NCBI GenBank assembly: GCA_024280885.1
Contig: JAJRPF010000020.1
Location: forward strand, 24,697 to 88,696
DNA: 64,000 nucleotides
Direction: 5' to 3'
Origin: Planctomycetota bacterium
GTDB lineage: Bacteria > Planctomycetota > JAJSAM01 > JAJVHW01
The translations under genes were made by a program, and so were the position numbers. The notes below the pieces were generated by a model, which saw only the letters and a program-made list of their open reading frames with translations, was not told where the DNA came from and made no database searches. Positions 1-9,855 of this stretch are shown one piece after another (the first letter of the stretch is position 1; every line of letters begins with the position of its first letter).

Positions 1-357
1 GACGAGCGCTCCGCACTGCGCGTGAAGGGATTGAAGGTCGACTACTCGTACGATGTCGAGCACGACCTCACGGCGCACGCGTTCCTCGACTACGAACTGC
101 GCTCGTACCGGATCGACAAGGACCCGAAGTTCGGGGCAGCGTCGGACGGCTCCGTCGACGACACGCACTGGCTGCTGGGCGTCGGCCTTGATTGGAAGCC
201 CCGCGACGTCGAGTGGCTCACGGTCAGCGGCGAGATCGGCGCGATCCTGGGACAGAAGTTCGAGGTTCAGGATTCCGACGGTTCCGAGGTCACGACCAAC
301 CGAATGGACGACAACGTCGGCTTCTTCGTCGGACTCTCGGCGACGCTGAGCTTCTGA
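1..357 (+). CDS. 3' end of a probable outer-membrane beta-barrel protein (partial, starts before window)
   Basis: Frame open from base 1 (DERSALRVKGLKVDYSY...); alternating hydrophobic strands and C-terminal ...VGLSATLSF with terminal Phe typical of OM barrels. Confidence 0.65.
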   Translation, partial: DERSALRVKGLKVDYSYDVEHDLTAHAFLDYELRSYRIDKDPKFGAASDGSVDDTHWLLGVGLDWKPRDVEWLTVSGEIGAILGQKFEVQDSDGSEVTTNRMDDNVGFFVGLSATLSF

Positions 358-410
358 ACGGCGCGTTCGAGGGCGCTCTTCTCAGCAACGAGAACAGCTC
401 TCCACAACGA

Positions 411-444
411 GGACGGGGCTGCGGCATCTGCCGCAGCCCCGTTC
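411..444. terminator. GC-rich hairpin between convergent genes, probable terminator
   Basis: ACGGGGCTGCGGC-ATCT-GCCGCAGCCCCGT perfect 13-bp stem. Confidence 0.5.
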
Positions 445-498
445 TGATTCACAGCTTCAAGGAGTGGGGTCGTAACGGTCTCCTGATCGTCTCCCCGC

Positions 499-879
499 TC
501 AGAGCGGGAGCACGAGGACGAACCCGGTGATGAGCGCGGCGACGATCAGGCTGTGAACATGCAGCCGCCTGGCCTGCCGCCGGATCGAAGCAGCCTGTGT
601 AGCGTCATGCAATTCCCGCGTTTCCCCGTCGTCTTCCTCGCGCGTCCCGCGCGCGGCAAGGCGCACTCAGGTCGATGCAGATGCTTGGAACCAGCATAGC
701 GAGGCGAACCAGATCGGCGCGAAGAGGAGTGCCCGCCAGCGGAGCGTCACCTCGTTCAGATCGATCGCCACGAGCCCAGCGAACGCGATGCCCAGCCCGA
801 TCGCAGCCAGCCGTTGTCGGTGCGCGACGCCCGCCGCGCCGATGTTCGTGAACGAGAGCGCGCCCGCGTGTTCGCTCAC
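499..879 (-). CDS. Small membrane protein with in-frame UGA (667-669), candidate selenoprotein, 126 aa with U71
   Basis: GTG start overlaps the esterase stop (GTGA). After ...WFQASAST-TGA the frame stays open for 55 sense codons: VRLAARGTREEDDGETRELHDATQAASIRRQARRLHVHSLIVAALITGFVLVLPL-TGA(499-501), ending in a TM helix; hairpin directly 3' of the UGA. Confidence 0.75.
636..661 (-). promoter_or_regulatory. Putative bacterial SECIS element
   Basis: mRNA after UGA: GUGCG-CCUUGC-CGCGCG-CGGGA-CGCGCG-AGG; 6-bp upper stem, G-rich apical loop beginning 17 nt after the UGA, lower CCU/AGG pairing. Confidence 0.6.
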
Positions 880-1886
880 GAGATCCACTTCGCGAGATGC
901 GCGAACGAGACGTCGTAGCGATAGCTGATGCCCATGTGCCCGTCGTCGAACTCCTGGTGGACGTGGCGGATGCCGAGCGCCTTCAGGCGGCTAGAGAGTA
1001 CGCGGGCGCCCACCTGCAGGGCCCACTCGTCGCGGAGTCCGCAGTCGATGAAGATGCCGCGCAGCTGCTTGAGGTTGCTGGCGTAACGCTTCACTGCGTG
1101 CACAGGATCGACGCGCCGCCAGCGCCGCATGATCTCCGCCCGCTCTTCGCCGGTGTCGAGGTCGAACGGTAGCTCGAAACCGTAGGGCGAGGCCGCGTCG
1201 GGCGAGTAGCAGGCCGCCATCGCAATGATGTTGAGCGCGTGGATGTCGTCGCCGCCGACCTTCGTCTTCTTGCGGAACGCACGCAGCCATTTCTCGACGC
1301 CGCCCGCCGCGCGCAATGCGTTCCAACACTTCACGAAGTCGAAGCGGTAGCAGTAGTCGAAGTACGCGTCTCCAGAGTGCGACGCGAGCGCGCCGAAGAC
1401 CTTGGGATACTTCATTCCGAGCATGAGTGCGCCGTAGCCGCCGGACGATTTACCGCAGATCGCGCGGTGGCGAGCTGTCGCCTGCGTACGGAAGCCGGCG
1501 TCCACGAAGGGCACGACCTCCTTCACGACGAATGTCTCGTACGCGCCCGTGGCCGACGAGTTGACGTACTGGCTGCCGCCGAGGGACGTCATGCAATCCG
1601 GCGTGGCGAGGATCAGGGGCGGGATCTTGCGTGCCCGGATCAGCCGGTCCATGCGGTCCTGCAACGCCTCGCCGAAGAAGCTCCGCTGGAAGGGCGATGC
1701 GCCCATCCCGGTGAACCCGACGATGACGTGAATGACCGGGAAACGCTGCTTCGGGTTGCTTGCGTACTGCGGCGGCAGGTAGACGAAGACGTCGCGTTCC
1801 GACGGGTCTCCGAGTGCGTTGCCGACGAGCGCGCGGCTCTCCAATCGCTCGTGTACCAGCGTGCCGGTCCTGGTCGTCTTTGCCAT
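876..1886 (-). CDS. Putative esterase, alpha/beta hydrolase (enterochelin esterase-like)
   Basis: VYLPPQY, GKSSGGYGA nucleophile elbow, C-terminal D...GH catalytic residues. Confidence 0.85.
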   Translation of the reverse strand: MAKTTRTGTLVHERLESRALVGNALGDPSERDVFVYLPPQYASNPKQRFPVIHVIVGFTGMGASPFQRSFFGEALQDRMDRLIRARKIPPLILATPDCMTSLGGSQYVNSSATGAYETFVVKEVVPFVDAGFRTQATARHRAICGKSSGGYGALMLGMKYPKVFGALASHSGDAYFDYCYRFDFVKCWNALRAAGGVEKWLRAFRKKTKVGGDDIHALNIIAMAACYSPDAASPYGFELPFDLDTGEERAEIMRRWRRVDPVHAVKRYASNLKQLRGIFIDCGLRDEWALQVGARVLSSRLKALGIRHVHQEFDDGHMGISYRYDVSFAHLAKWIS

Positions 1887-2010
1887 GCGCTCCGCCTCCC
1901 GTTGTTGTGCGCCCGTCTGCGCGGCATCATTGTCCCTGGAACGGAGTGTCTCGGACAGGAGTCCTCAGCTCTCGTCCTCATATCTCGTCCTCGTCTCTCG
2001 GAGCCCGCTC

Positions 2011-5000
2011 ATGCGATTTCGTGTTCTCGCCCGGTCGCTCACTCGATCTCTGGCACTGTCTCTCTCGCTGGTGGGGATCGTGGCCTGCGGCGACACTCAG
2101 GACGGCGCCCAGAACGGCACATCAGGCGGCGCCGCACCGGCGCTCTCGGCTGCCGATGCCGTCGCGGCGATCCGGCTCGAGAATCAGGGAATCGGCCACC
2201 TCGAGCGCTACGACTACGGCAAGGCCGTCACGGCGTTCGAGGAAGCGCGCACGCTGGCGCCGGATTGGCAGGTCGCGAAATTTCATCTCGCGCTCGCCTA
2301 CCTGCATGCCGGGGCCGACACGCGGGCGGACGCGCGACGGCTGATGAACGAGATCGTCGCGGAGTCGCCGGATCACGTGCACGCGCTCTTCGGCGCCGGG
2401 CTTCTGGCCGAGAATGGGGGCGAGCCCGAGATCGCCGTGCCGCTGATGCGGAGGGCGTACGAGCTCTCGGCGGACCCGGTCATCGGCGCGAAACTCGGGA
2501 CGCTCTTGGTCTCGCTCGACGAGGAGCACGAGGCGTTCCGCGTGCTCTCGGAGGTCCATTCGCGGCGTCCCGCGCTCGTGTCTCCTGTGAACGCCCTCAT
2601 GCTCCTGAACCGCCGCCTCGGCAACGACGACGCGGCGCAGGGCTTCTACGACAAGTTGATCGCGTTGAAGGGCGCGATCAACGACGAGCGCGAGTGGATT
2701 CAGGTCGGCGAGGAAATGCGCGATGCCTATGGCAATCTCGGGCCGTACTCACTGGCGATCCGTGACTTCGGTGATCCGGGATCCGAGTACGTGCGGCCGA
2801 GGGGCGTCCCCGTGCCCGAGGTGGTCGCGACGACCGAATTCGTGCCTGGTTCGCCTCCGCCGGGCGCTCCTGCCTATCTCGGACTCACGGCTCTGGACTA
2901 CGACGTCGACGGCGATCTCGACCTCTTCCTCTGCGGCGGCACGAGTCCGTCGGCGCTCTTGCGCAACGACGGAGAACTGCACTTCACGGATGTGACTGCC
3001 GCCGCCGGCATCTCGATCGACGGCGCCTTCGCCGTGGCTGCCGGTGAACTCGATGTCGATCCGAAGGCGGCGGCGGATGCGTCCGGCGGCAGTCCGGTGC
3101 TGCCTGATCTCGTCGTGCTGCGCACCGGCGGTGTTACCGCCCTGCATAACAACGGGGACGGCACGTTCACCGACATCACGGCCGACGCGGGCCTCGCCGC
3201 GATCCCCGCGGGCGGTCGCGCGGTGCTTCTCTTCGACGCGGACCAGGACGGCGATCTCGACCTGTTCATATCGGGGGGGGGGGGGGCTGGCTCCGCCGCG
3301 ACGGCGAACGTCCTCTACGCCAATCGCGGGCCGGGGGCGTTCGTCGATGTGACCGAGGCGAGTGGCCTCGGCGGAGACGGTGGCGCGTACGGGCCTCCGC
3401 TCGTGCTCGATGCCGACGGGGACCTCGATCTCGACCTGCTCGTGACACGGCCGGCCGGTCCGCCCGTGCTCTTCCTCAACGATCGCATGCTCCGCTTCAC
3501 CGCGGCCAAAGGCTGGATCCCCGCCGATGCCGACGCATCGCATGGGGTCGTCTCAGGGGATTTCGATCGCGACGGTCGCGAGGACGTCGTGCTCTCCAGC
3601 GAGTCCGCTGCCGTGCTCCTGCGCGGGACCGGGACAGGCTTCGACGCGCGCGCTCTTCCGGGCGTGACGGGGGGACCGGCGGTGAGTGTGGACGCGGGGC
3701 TGCGGGGCCTGCGCGATCTGCTCTTCACCCGAGGTGTGCTGCTCCCCGCCGACGAGGACCGAGGTTTCGCGACGGCTATCGAGTTCGGCGCGGGCGGCGA
3801 TCTCCGCAACGCGCTGGTGGCCGATCTCGATGGCGACGGTTCCGAGGAGATCACGCTCAGCGTCGCGGGGGCCGCGTCCGAGATCCTCGGCTTTCGCAGC
3901 GCCGGGCGTGGGCACGGACTGACGCTCGACTTCCGCGGTGTCGTGCGCAACGACGTGCAGGCTGGGTGGTCCAACCTCGAGGGGCGTGATGCCTGGGTCG
4001 AGGTGAAGGCAGGGCCATTCTGGCAAGGCCGACGGGTTGGCGGCGTCGGAGGTTTTGGCGTCTCCCACCCCACCCGCAGTGTGTTCGGCGTGGGCGCGGC
4101 GCGTCAGGCCGACTTCGTCCGCGTGCTCTGGCCGGACGCCGTGCAGCAGGGCATTCTCGACGTGCCGATCGGCGCGCCCTACCTCATCACCGAGGAACAA
4201 CGTCGACCCGACTCGTGTCCGCTGCTCTTCGTCTGGGACGGGCAGCGTTTCGCGTGGGTGACCGACTTCATCGGCGCGGGCGGGCTCGGATTTCTGATTG
4301 CGCCCGGCGTGTACGCCGAGCCGGACCCGACCGAGAGCGTCAAGGTGCCGGCCGCGCTGGTCGTGCCGGATGACGACGGGCACCTGGCGTTCAAGTTCGT
4401 CGAAGCGATGGAGGAGATGGTCTACCTGGATCAGGTCGAACTCGCGGTCGTGGATCATCCGGCGGACGTGACCGTCCATCCCGACGAGCGCTTCACAGGC
4501 GAGCGGCCGTTCGCAGACGGGAGCCTGCTGGCGCATCGCGAGGAACTCGTGCCGGTCGCCGCGCGCGACGGTCGAGGCCGCGATGTGCTCGCGCTGGTGA
4601 CCGCAACCGATCGACTCTATTCCGAGGATCCGGACCTCCACCCGCGCCTCACCGGCGCCATCAGCGAGTCGGTTCTGGAATTGGACTTCGGCAGCGCACT
4701 CGAGGCCGTCGCGCCGGGCGACCCACTCGTCCTCTATCTCGACGGTTGGATCGAATACGGCTACACGCGCACGAGTGTCGCCGCGGCAGGAGAGGGCTTT
4801 GAGTACGTCGTTCCCGTGCTCGACGCGTGGGATGACGCGTCGCAGATGTGGCGCCCGGCGATCGCGAATCTCGGCTACCCGGCGGGCTTCCCGCGCGTGA
4901 TGACGTACGACGTGACGGGTGTCGTCTCGCGCGACACGCCGCGGCTACGCATCCGCACCAATCTCGAGATCTACTGGGATCGTGTGTGGCTAGGACGACA

Positions 5001-5499
5001 GGTCGACGTGGCCGCCGAGACGCGCTCGACGATCCTGAAACCGATCGTTGCTGACCTGCGTCGTGTCGGCTACCCACGCGAATTCAGCCCGGACGGTCGC
5101 GTGCCACGCATCTACGACTACGGCACGCTCGACGCCGCGATGCCGTGGAAAACTGTGGAGGGTGACTACACGAAGTTCGGCGACGTGCTGCCGCTCCTCG
5201 AAGCTGCCGACGACATGTTCGTCATCTATGGCAAGGGCGAAGAGATCGACGCCCGCTTCGATCCGTCAGAACTGCCTGCCCTCCCCGAGGGCTGGACACG
5301 CTCCTACGTCCTGCGCTTCACCGGCTGGTGCAAGGGACAGGAGTTGAATATCGCTCACGGCTTCTCGGTCGGACCGTTGCCATTCCTCGGCATGTCCGGC
5401 TACCCGTACGGCACCGACGAGCAGTACCCCGACGACGCGGCGCACCAGCGCTACCGGCGTGAGTGGAATACGCGCCGCGTCAGGGCGCCGCAGCGGTAG
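2011..5499 (+). CDS. Lipoprotein with TPR, FG-GAP/VCBS repeats and ASPIC/UnbV (CRTAC1-like) domain
   Basis: Start reassigned to ATG 2011 (signal peptide, lipobox IVA-C); TPR helices; repeated DxDxDGDxDL motifs; FGVG...VRVLWPD and SCPLLFVWDG motifs. Confidence 0.85.
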   Translation: MRFRVLARSLTRSLALSLSLVGIVACGDTQDGAQNGTSGGAAPALSAADAVAAIRLENQGIGHLERYDYGKAVTAFEEARTLAPDWQVAKFHLALAYLHAGADTRADARRLMNEIVAESPDHVHALFGAGLLAENGGEPEIAVPLMRRAYELSADPVIGAKLGTLLVSLDEEHEAFRVLSEVHSRRPALVSPVNALMLLNRRLGNDDAAQGFYDKLIALKGAINDEREWIQVGEEMRDAYGNLGPYSLAIRDFGDPGSEYVRPRGVPVPEVVATTEFVPGSPPPGAPAYLGLTALDYDVDGDLDLFLCGGTSPSALLRNDGELHFTDVTAAAGISIDGAFAVAAGELDVDPKAAADASGGSPVLPDLVVLRTGGVTALHNNGDGTFTDITADAGLAAIPAGGRAVLLFDADQDGDLDLFISGGGGAGSAATANVLYANRGPGAFVDVTEASGLGGDGGAYGPPLVLDADGDLDLDLLVTRPAGPPVLFLNDRMLRFTAAKGWIPADADASHGVVSGDFDRDGREDVVLSSESAAVLLRGTGTGFDARALPGVTGGPAVSVDAGLRGLRDLLFTRGVLLPADEDRGFATAIEFGAGGDLRNALVADLDGDGSEEITLSVAGAASEILGFRSAGRGHGLTLDFRGVVRNDVQAGWSNLEGRDAWVEVKAGPFWQGRRVGGVGGFGVSHPTRSVFGVGAARQADFVRVLWPDAVQQGILDVPIGAPYLITEEQRRPDSCPLLFVWDGQRFAWVTDFIGAGGLGFLIAPGVYAEPDPTESVKVPAALVVPDDDGHLAFKFVEAMEEMVYLDQVELAVVDHPADVTVHPDERFTGERPFADGSLLAHREELVPVAARDGRGRDVLALVTATDRLYSEDPDLHPRLTGAISESVLELDFGSALEAVAPGDPLVLYLDGWIEYGYTRTSVAAAGEGFEYVVPVLDAWDDASQMWRPAIANLGYPAGFPRVMTYDVTGVVSRDTPRLRIRTNLEIYWDRVWLGRQVDVAAETRSTILKPIVADLRRVGYPREFSPDGRVPRIYDYGTLDAAMPWKTVEGDYTKFGDVLPLLEAADDMFVIYGKGEEIDARFDPSELPALPEGWTRSYVLRFTGWCKGQELNIAHGFSVGPLPFLGMSGYPYGTDEQYPDDAAHQRYRREWNTRRVRAPQR
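3273..3286 (+). repeat. G14 homopolymer inside the lipoprotein CDS
   Basis: TC-GGGGGGGGGGGGGG-CT, currently in frame (SGGGGA). Confidence 0.85.
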
Positions 5500-5613
5500 C
5501 GAACCGGGGCTGAGCCGGAGATAGGTGGCGCCAAGGAGCGCGACGCGGGTACGCCATTCTGCGGCGCACCCCGTCGCGAGTCCGGCAGCCTACGTGGCAG
5601 CCGACCTGGCAGC

Positions 5614-5832
5614 CTACTTCGAACGGTAGGTGATCAGCCCCTTGGTCGGGTCGTAGGGAGAGACACCCACGGTGACGCGGTCACCGGGGACTACACGGAT
5701 TCGATAGCGTCGCATGCGTCCGGAAAGTCGTGCGGTGATGGTGGGGCCCATATCCGTCTTGATGACGAAGTTGCCCCCCGCACGAACTTCCTCGACGACG
5801 CCTTCGATCTGGATCAGATCGTCACGGGCCAA
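5614..5832 (-). CDS. infA: Translation initiation factor IF-1
   Basis: TTG start with GGAGA RBS; MARDDLIQIEGVVEEV...SGRMRRYRIRVVPGDRVTVGVSPYDPTKGLITYRSK, 72 aa. Confidence 0.95.
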   Translation of the reverse strand: MARDDLIQIEGVVEEVRAGGNFVIKTDMGPTITARLSGRMRRYRIRVVPGDRVTVGVSPYDPTKGLITYRSK

Positions 5833-6053
5833 GGCTGATTCTCCAAGGGTCTGGAAGTTGAGCCCCGGATCGTACACACGCTTGCGCGCCGGGGTGGAGG
5901 AGTTCGGAACGCCGATTCCCACTCTCGTGAGATTTTCCCACGGCAGGACCGCCCGACAGGCTCGGATACGTGTTCTGGAAGATGCGAGTCCGCAACGATT
6001 CGTACCCGTTGCGGATCCGTGGTGCGCGGTCGTTCGGCCGTTTAGCGTGCGGT

Positions 6054-9000
6054 TCAGCGTGCAGTGCTCGCGCCCTGGTCGATCCAGTCCTGGATCAGGT
6101 TGATCTTCGACCCGGCGATCCCACCGCTCGGCGGCATGAAACCGCCCGTACCCCGCAGCCGGTCGATGAGGAACGACTGCCCCGAATTGCCGGCGCGCAC
6201 GCGCGACTTGCTGCTGTTGCACGAGTTGACGCCGATGCCATTCGAGGCAAATGCGTTGGCGTTGCCCATGCCGAAGCCGGTCGCCGTGCCGCCGCTGCCG
6301 ACGGGGCAGAACGTCGCCGAGCCGCGATGGCAGCTGGTGCAGCTCTGCGAGATGATCCCGTACGCGCGGCTGCTCGATGGCAGGGACGTGTCGTTGTAGG
6401 ACGCGAAGAACGTCACGCGCACCGTCTGCTCCTCGGACGAGCGCCCCTTGCGCGTCGCGATCACACCGAACGTTGCTGCCGGGCTTGCGCCGAACGCAGA
6501 CGTCGTGGGCAGCGGAACGCTGAACGTCGGATTCTGTGCCGATGTGGAAGAGAACGTCACCGAGGGATCGGTTCCGGTGCTGTTGATCTGCCGCCAGGTG
6601 AACGTCGCCGCATCGGTATCAGACGGATTGGCGTTCAGGCGCACGGTTGCGCCGTACGCTGCCGCGGATTTGTCGGCACTGGGAGCGAGCGTCGGCGGGG
6701 TCTCGTCGGAGAACGCGACTTGCACCGCGTCGGAATCCTGGCGACCGTCGTTGACCACGAGGCGGAACGTCATTCCGTTCAGCGGCGATTGCACCTGGAA
6801 CGAGATGGCGTTCGGATCGAATGGCACCGCTGTCCCGCTGATCTGCGTCCATGCGTACGACAGGTCGGCGTCTTCCGGGTCGGAACTCCCACTGGCATCG
6901 AGAATCACAATCGTCGCGGCGGGACCGTCGGGAGGCGTTGCCGTGGCGACTGCGACCGGCTTCGCATCCACCGTCACGGTCACGCGCGCAGCGAGACTCT
7001 CTTCGAACCCGTCGTTGCCGACCAGGTCGAAGAGGAGCGTGCCAGCGTTCGGAGCCACGAACGCAGGCGAGAGCGCGTTGCGATCCGGAGCGAGTGTGAC
7101 GCTGGGACCGGAGACCTGCGTCCATGTCAGCGCGACGCCGTCGCCGTCGCGATCGAAGGTGGTGCTCGTCAGTGTCACGATCGTCCCGGGCAGCGGGTTC
7201 TCCTCTGATGCGTCGGCCGTCACGACGGGCTTGCTGTTCAGCGGCAGGCCCGTGAACACGAGCGTCACGAGATCGGGCGCACTTGCAACGCCGGCGTCGG
7301 TCACGACCAATTCGAACGTGAGCGAGCGGGTCGGGGTGAGCGAACTCACGTCGGCCGGAAGGCGGAACGTCGGGCGCTCCGAAGAGCTGTCGAATTCCGA
7401 GTTCTCGTCGTCGACGTCGTACCAGTCGTTCCCGCTCACCTGCCGCCACGCGAACGTGAGATCGTCCGCGTTGCCCGTGCTCGGGGAGAACGAGCGTGAG
7501 CCGTCGAGCCCCACGACGCTCGTGGCCGCAACGCTTCGATTGGAGCCCGCATTCGCGAGTGGCGCCGCCGCGTACTCGGGGCCGATGACACGCACGATCT
7601 CGGGTGCGCCGTACTGCAGGTGATCGCGCGTCTGCACCGCGAAGATCCAGCGTCCGCTCGCGTCCGCGAGTCCGTCGGCGGTGGAACTCGCTGCGTCCGC
7701 GTTGGCGACGCTCGCGCCGATACCGCCGACCGCCGTCCAGCGCGTCGCGACGGGATCGCCATCCGTGTCGAATGAGTCCGAGGCGTCGAGGCTGACAGAA
7801 GCGGTCGTCGCCAGAAGCGGGCCGTTCGCGATCGTGGTGGGAGGGACGTTCGACTCGTCGGGACGCACGCGCACCCACGTCGTGTGTGCGGTAGCCGCCT
7901 CGTCGCTTACGCGCAACTCGAACATGAGGTCGGCGGCTTGACGCGGCGCCGTGAAGGCCGGGTAGAGCGTTTGTGCGCCATCGAGATCGACAGGCGGGCC
8001 ACTGCGCTGGACCCAGCTCACGCTTCCACTCGGCGCCCCGCCGCCATCCAGGAGAGTGCTCACGCCCTGCGACGCGAGACCCGAGAGATGCACCGTCGCC
8101 ATACGCCCGACGTATTGTTCGCGACCGGCGTCGGCGAGTTCCCCGGGAGAACTGGTGACGTCCACGACCAGCGTGGACTCGAACGAGCGCGCGCGACCGT
8201 CGTCCACGATGAGACCGAGGCGGATGACGGCGTCGCTTGCCGGAGCCGTGAACGTCGGCGACGCGGATGTCGGATCGTCGAGCGTCACGCCGCCCTCGAT
8301 CACGCGCCACGTATGCGTGAGACCCGCGCTGTTGCGATCGAAGGACGGACCGGCATCCAGAGTGACGGCAGATCCTGGGACCACGCTACGCGCCCGCCCC
8401 GGATCGGCGATCGGGCGATGAGCGACCTCGATCGCGACCACTCGCGGCTCGGAGACCACACCGTTCTCGACCACGGCGAGCTGAAACGCGAGTGACGTCG
8501 GCCCCGCCCGTGCGTCGATCTGCGGCGCCATGAACGTGGCGCGCGAGGAGCTTGGATCCGAGAGCGTCACGGCGGGGCCGCCGACCTGCGTCCAGATCGT
8601 CTGTAGCGCTTGCCCCGGCGCGGAGGGGACGCTCGCTGTTGCATCGAGTGCGGCCTCGATCTGCGGCTCTGCTGTTGTCGCGTCGCCTGTCACGGCGCTC
8701 GGCCGATCCCCCTTGAACTTGGACGGCTTCGTCTTGATTGAATACGCGACGCCACCGCCCGTGCCCTCGTTGCCGACGAGGCGGATGATGTAGTCGCCGT
8801 ACGTCGGCAGCTCGAAGTTCTTGAGTTTCGCAGTCCCCTTCTTCGCGTTCACCGCGGCGGCGCCGATCGACGACGCGAGAACGTTGCCGTTCGGATCGAC
8901 GACTTCGATGTCGGGGACCAGCGCCGAGCCCTTGCTGCGCTTCGCCGAGATTGTCAGCGAGTACCCATCGCCCGCGGTGATCGGGACCAACGCCGCGCGA

Positions 9001-9458
9001 CCGAGCGCGACCACCGTCGAACCCTTCGTCGCGGTGTTGTCCTTGGACTTCACGCTGATCGCATAGGCGCCGGTCGTGCCGTCTGCGCCGCGCACCTCGA
9101 CACGCCACAGCCCGGCGGTGGGGACGTCCTTGAGCTTCGCCTTGAAGCTCGTGCTCTTCGCCTTGACCTTCCCCCCGAGCGCCACGAGGTCGACGATCGC
9201 GCCGTCGGGATCGATGACGACGATCTGCGGGAGCAGGCCCGACTTCTTCGCGCTCTTGACCGTGATCGAGAGATTGCGCTTCGCGCCGTCGAGGACCAGG
9301 AACGCGGCGGTCGAAACGGCTCCCGGCCGCTCGACGACTCCGCTCGCGCTCGTGCCTGTCCGCACGGACACGTCTACACGTCCGGCTCGCGCGCTGCTGA
9401 CGGGTACGAGCGCCGCTGCGGCCAGCAGGAATCCGAGAGCAAATGGTCGGGTTTGCAT
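6054..9458 (-). CDS. Secreted PKD/Ig-like repeat protein with C-terminal monoheme c-type cytochrome
   Basis: Signal peptide (MQTRPFALGFLLAAAALVPVSSARA); several LDASxSxD...WTQxSGP...FxAP repeats; C-terminal CTSCH...MPP...IQDWIDQGA. Confidence 0.8.
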   Translation of the reverse strand: MQTRPFALGFLLAAAALVPVSSARAGRVDVSVRTGTSASGVVERPGAVSTAAFLVLDGAKRNLSITVKSAKKSGLLPQIVVIDPDGAIVDLVALGGKVKAKSTSFKAKLKDVPTAGLWRVEVRGADGTTGAYAISVKSKDNTATKGSTVVALGRAALVPITAGDGYSLTISAKRSKGSALVPDIEVVDPNGNVLASSIGAAAVNAKKGTAKLKNFELPTYGDYIIRLVGNEGTGGGVAYSIKTKPSKFKGDRPSAVTGDATTAEPQIEAALDATASVPSAPGQALQTIWTQVGGPAVTLSDPSSSRATFMAPQIDARAGPTSLAFQLAVVENGVVSEPRVVAIEVAHRPIADPGRARSVVPGSAVTLDAGPSFDRNSAGLTHTWRVIEGGVTLDDPTSASPTFTAPASDAVIRLGLIVDDGRARSFESTLVVDVTSSPGELADAGREQYVGRMATVHLSGLASQGVSTLLDGGGAPSGSVSWVQRSGPPVDLDGAQTLYPAFTAPRQAADLMFELRVSDEAATAHTTWVRVRPDESNVPPTTIANGPLLATTASVSLDASDSFDTDGDPVATRWTAVGGIGASVANADAASSTADGLADASGRWIFAVQTRDHLQYGAPEIVRVIGPEYAAAPLANAGSNRSVAATSVVGLDGSRSFSPSTGNADDLTFAWRQVSGNDWYDVDDENSEFDSSSERPTFRLPADVSSLTPTRSLTFELVVTDAGVASAPDLVTLVFTGLPLNSKPVVTADASEENPLPGTIVTLTSTTFDRDGDGVALTWTQVSGPSVTLAPDRNALSPAFVAPNAGTLLFDLVGNDGFEESLAARVTVTVDAKPVAVATATPPDGPAATIVILDASGSSDPEDADLSYAWTQISGTAVPFDPNAISFQVQSPLNGMTFRLVVNDGRQDSDAVQVAFSDETPPTLAPSADKSAAAYGATVRLNANPSDTDAATFTWRQINSTGTDPSVTFSSTSAQNPTFSVPLPTTSAFGASPAATFGVIATRKGRSSEEQTVRVTFFASYNDTSLPSSSRAYGIISQSCTSCHRGSATFCPVGSGGTATGFGMGNANAFASNGIGVNSCNSSKSRVRAGNSGQSFLIDRLRGTGGFMPPSGGIAGSKINLIQDWIDQGASTAR

Positions 9459-9855
9459 CAAGTGCGCGTCTCCAGAGATGGTCGGCACGCGCGACAACCG
9501 GTCGCAATGACCGTCGGTCGACGCCTGCCTGGCCTGTCCAGTGTTGATCCCGACCACCCCGGTCGCCCCGAGTATAGGCAAGTTTCGCTGTTCCGTGACC
9601 TTGGTCTCGATGTCCGCGTACTCCCCCGAGTCGCGGCGTGCCCTGTTACGCGCAATTCCAGGCTGGATGTGCGCGCGTTCGTCCGGCTCTCGGACCTCTT
9701 TCAGCGAGGTGCGGCGGAACGGTGAATGCCCCCACCCCCCGTGTACCGATACGATCTAGGGACCGGCAGTCTGTGCTCCGAACTGCCGGGCGCGAATCTC
9801 CGGGCGTGGTCCCGGGGCGTATGTCGAGCCGGGGCCGAGCCTGGAGGCGACCGGC

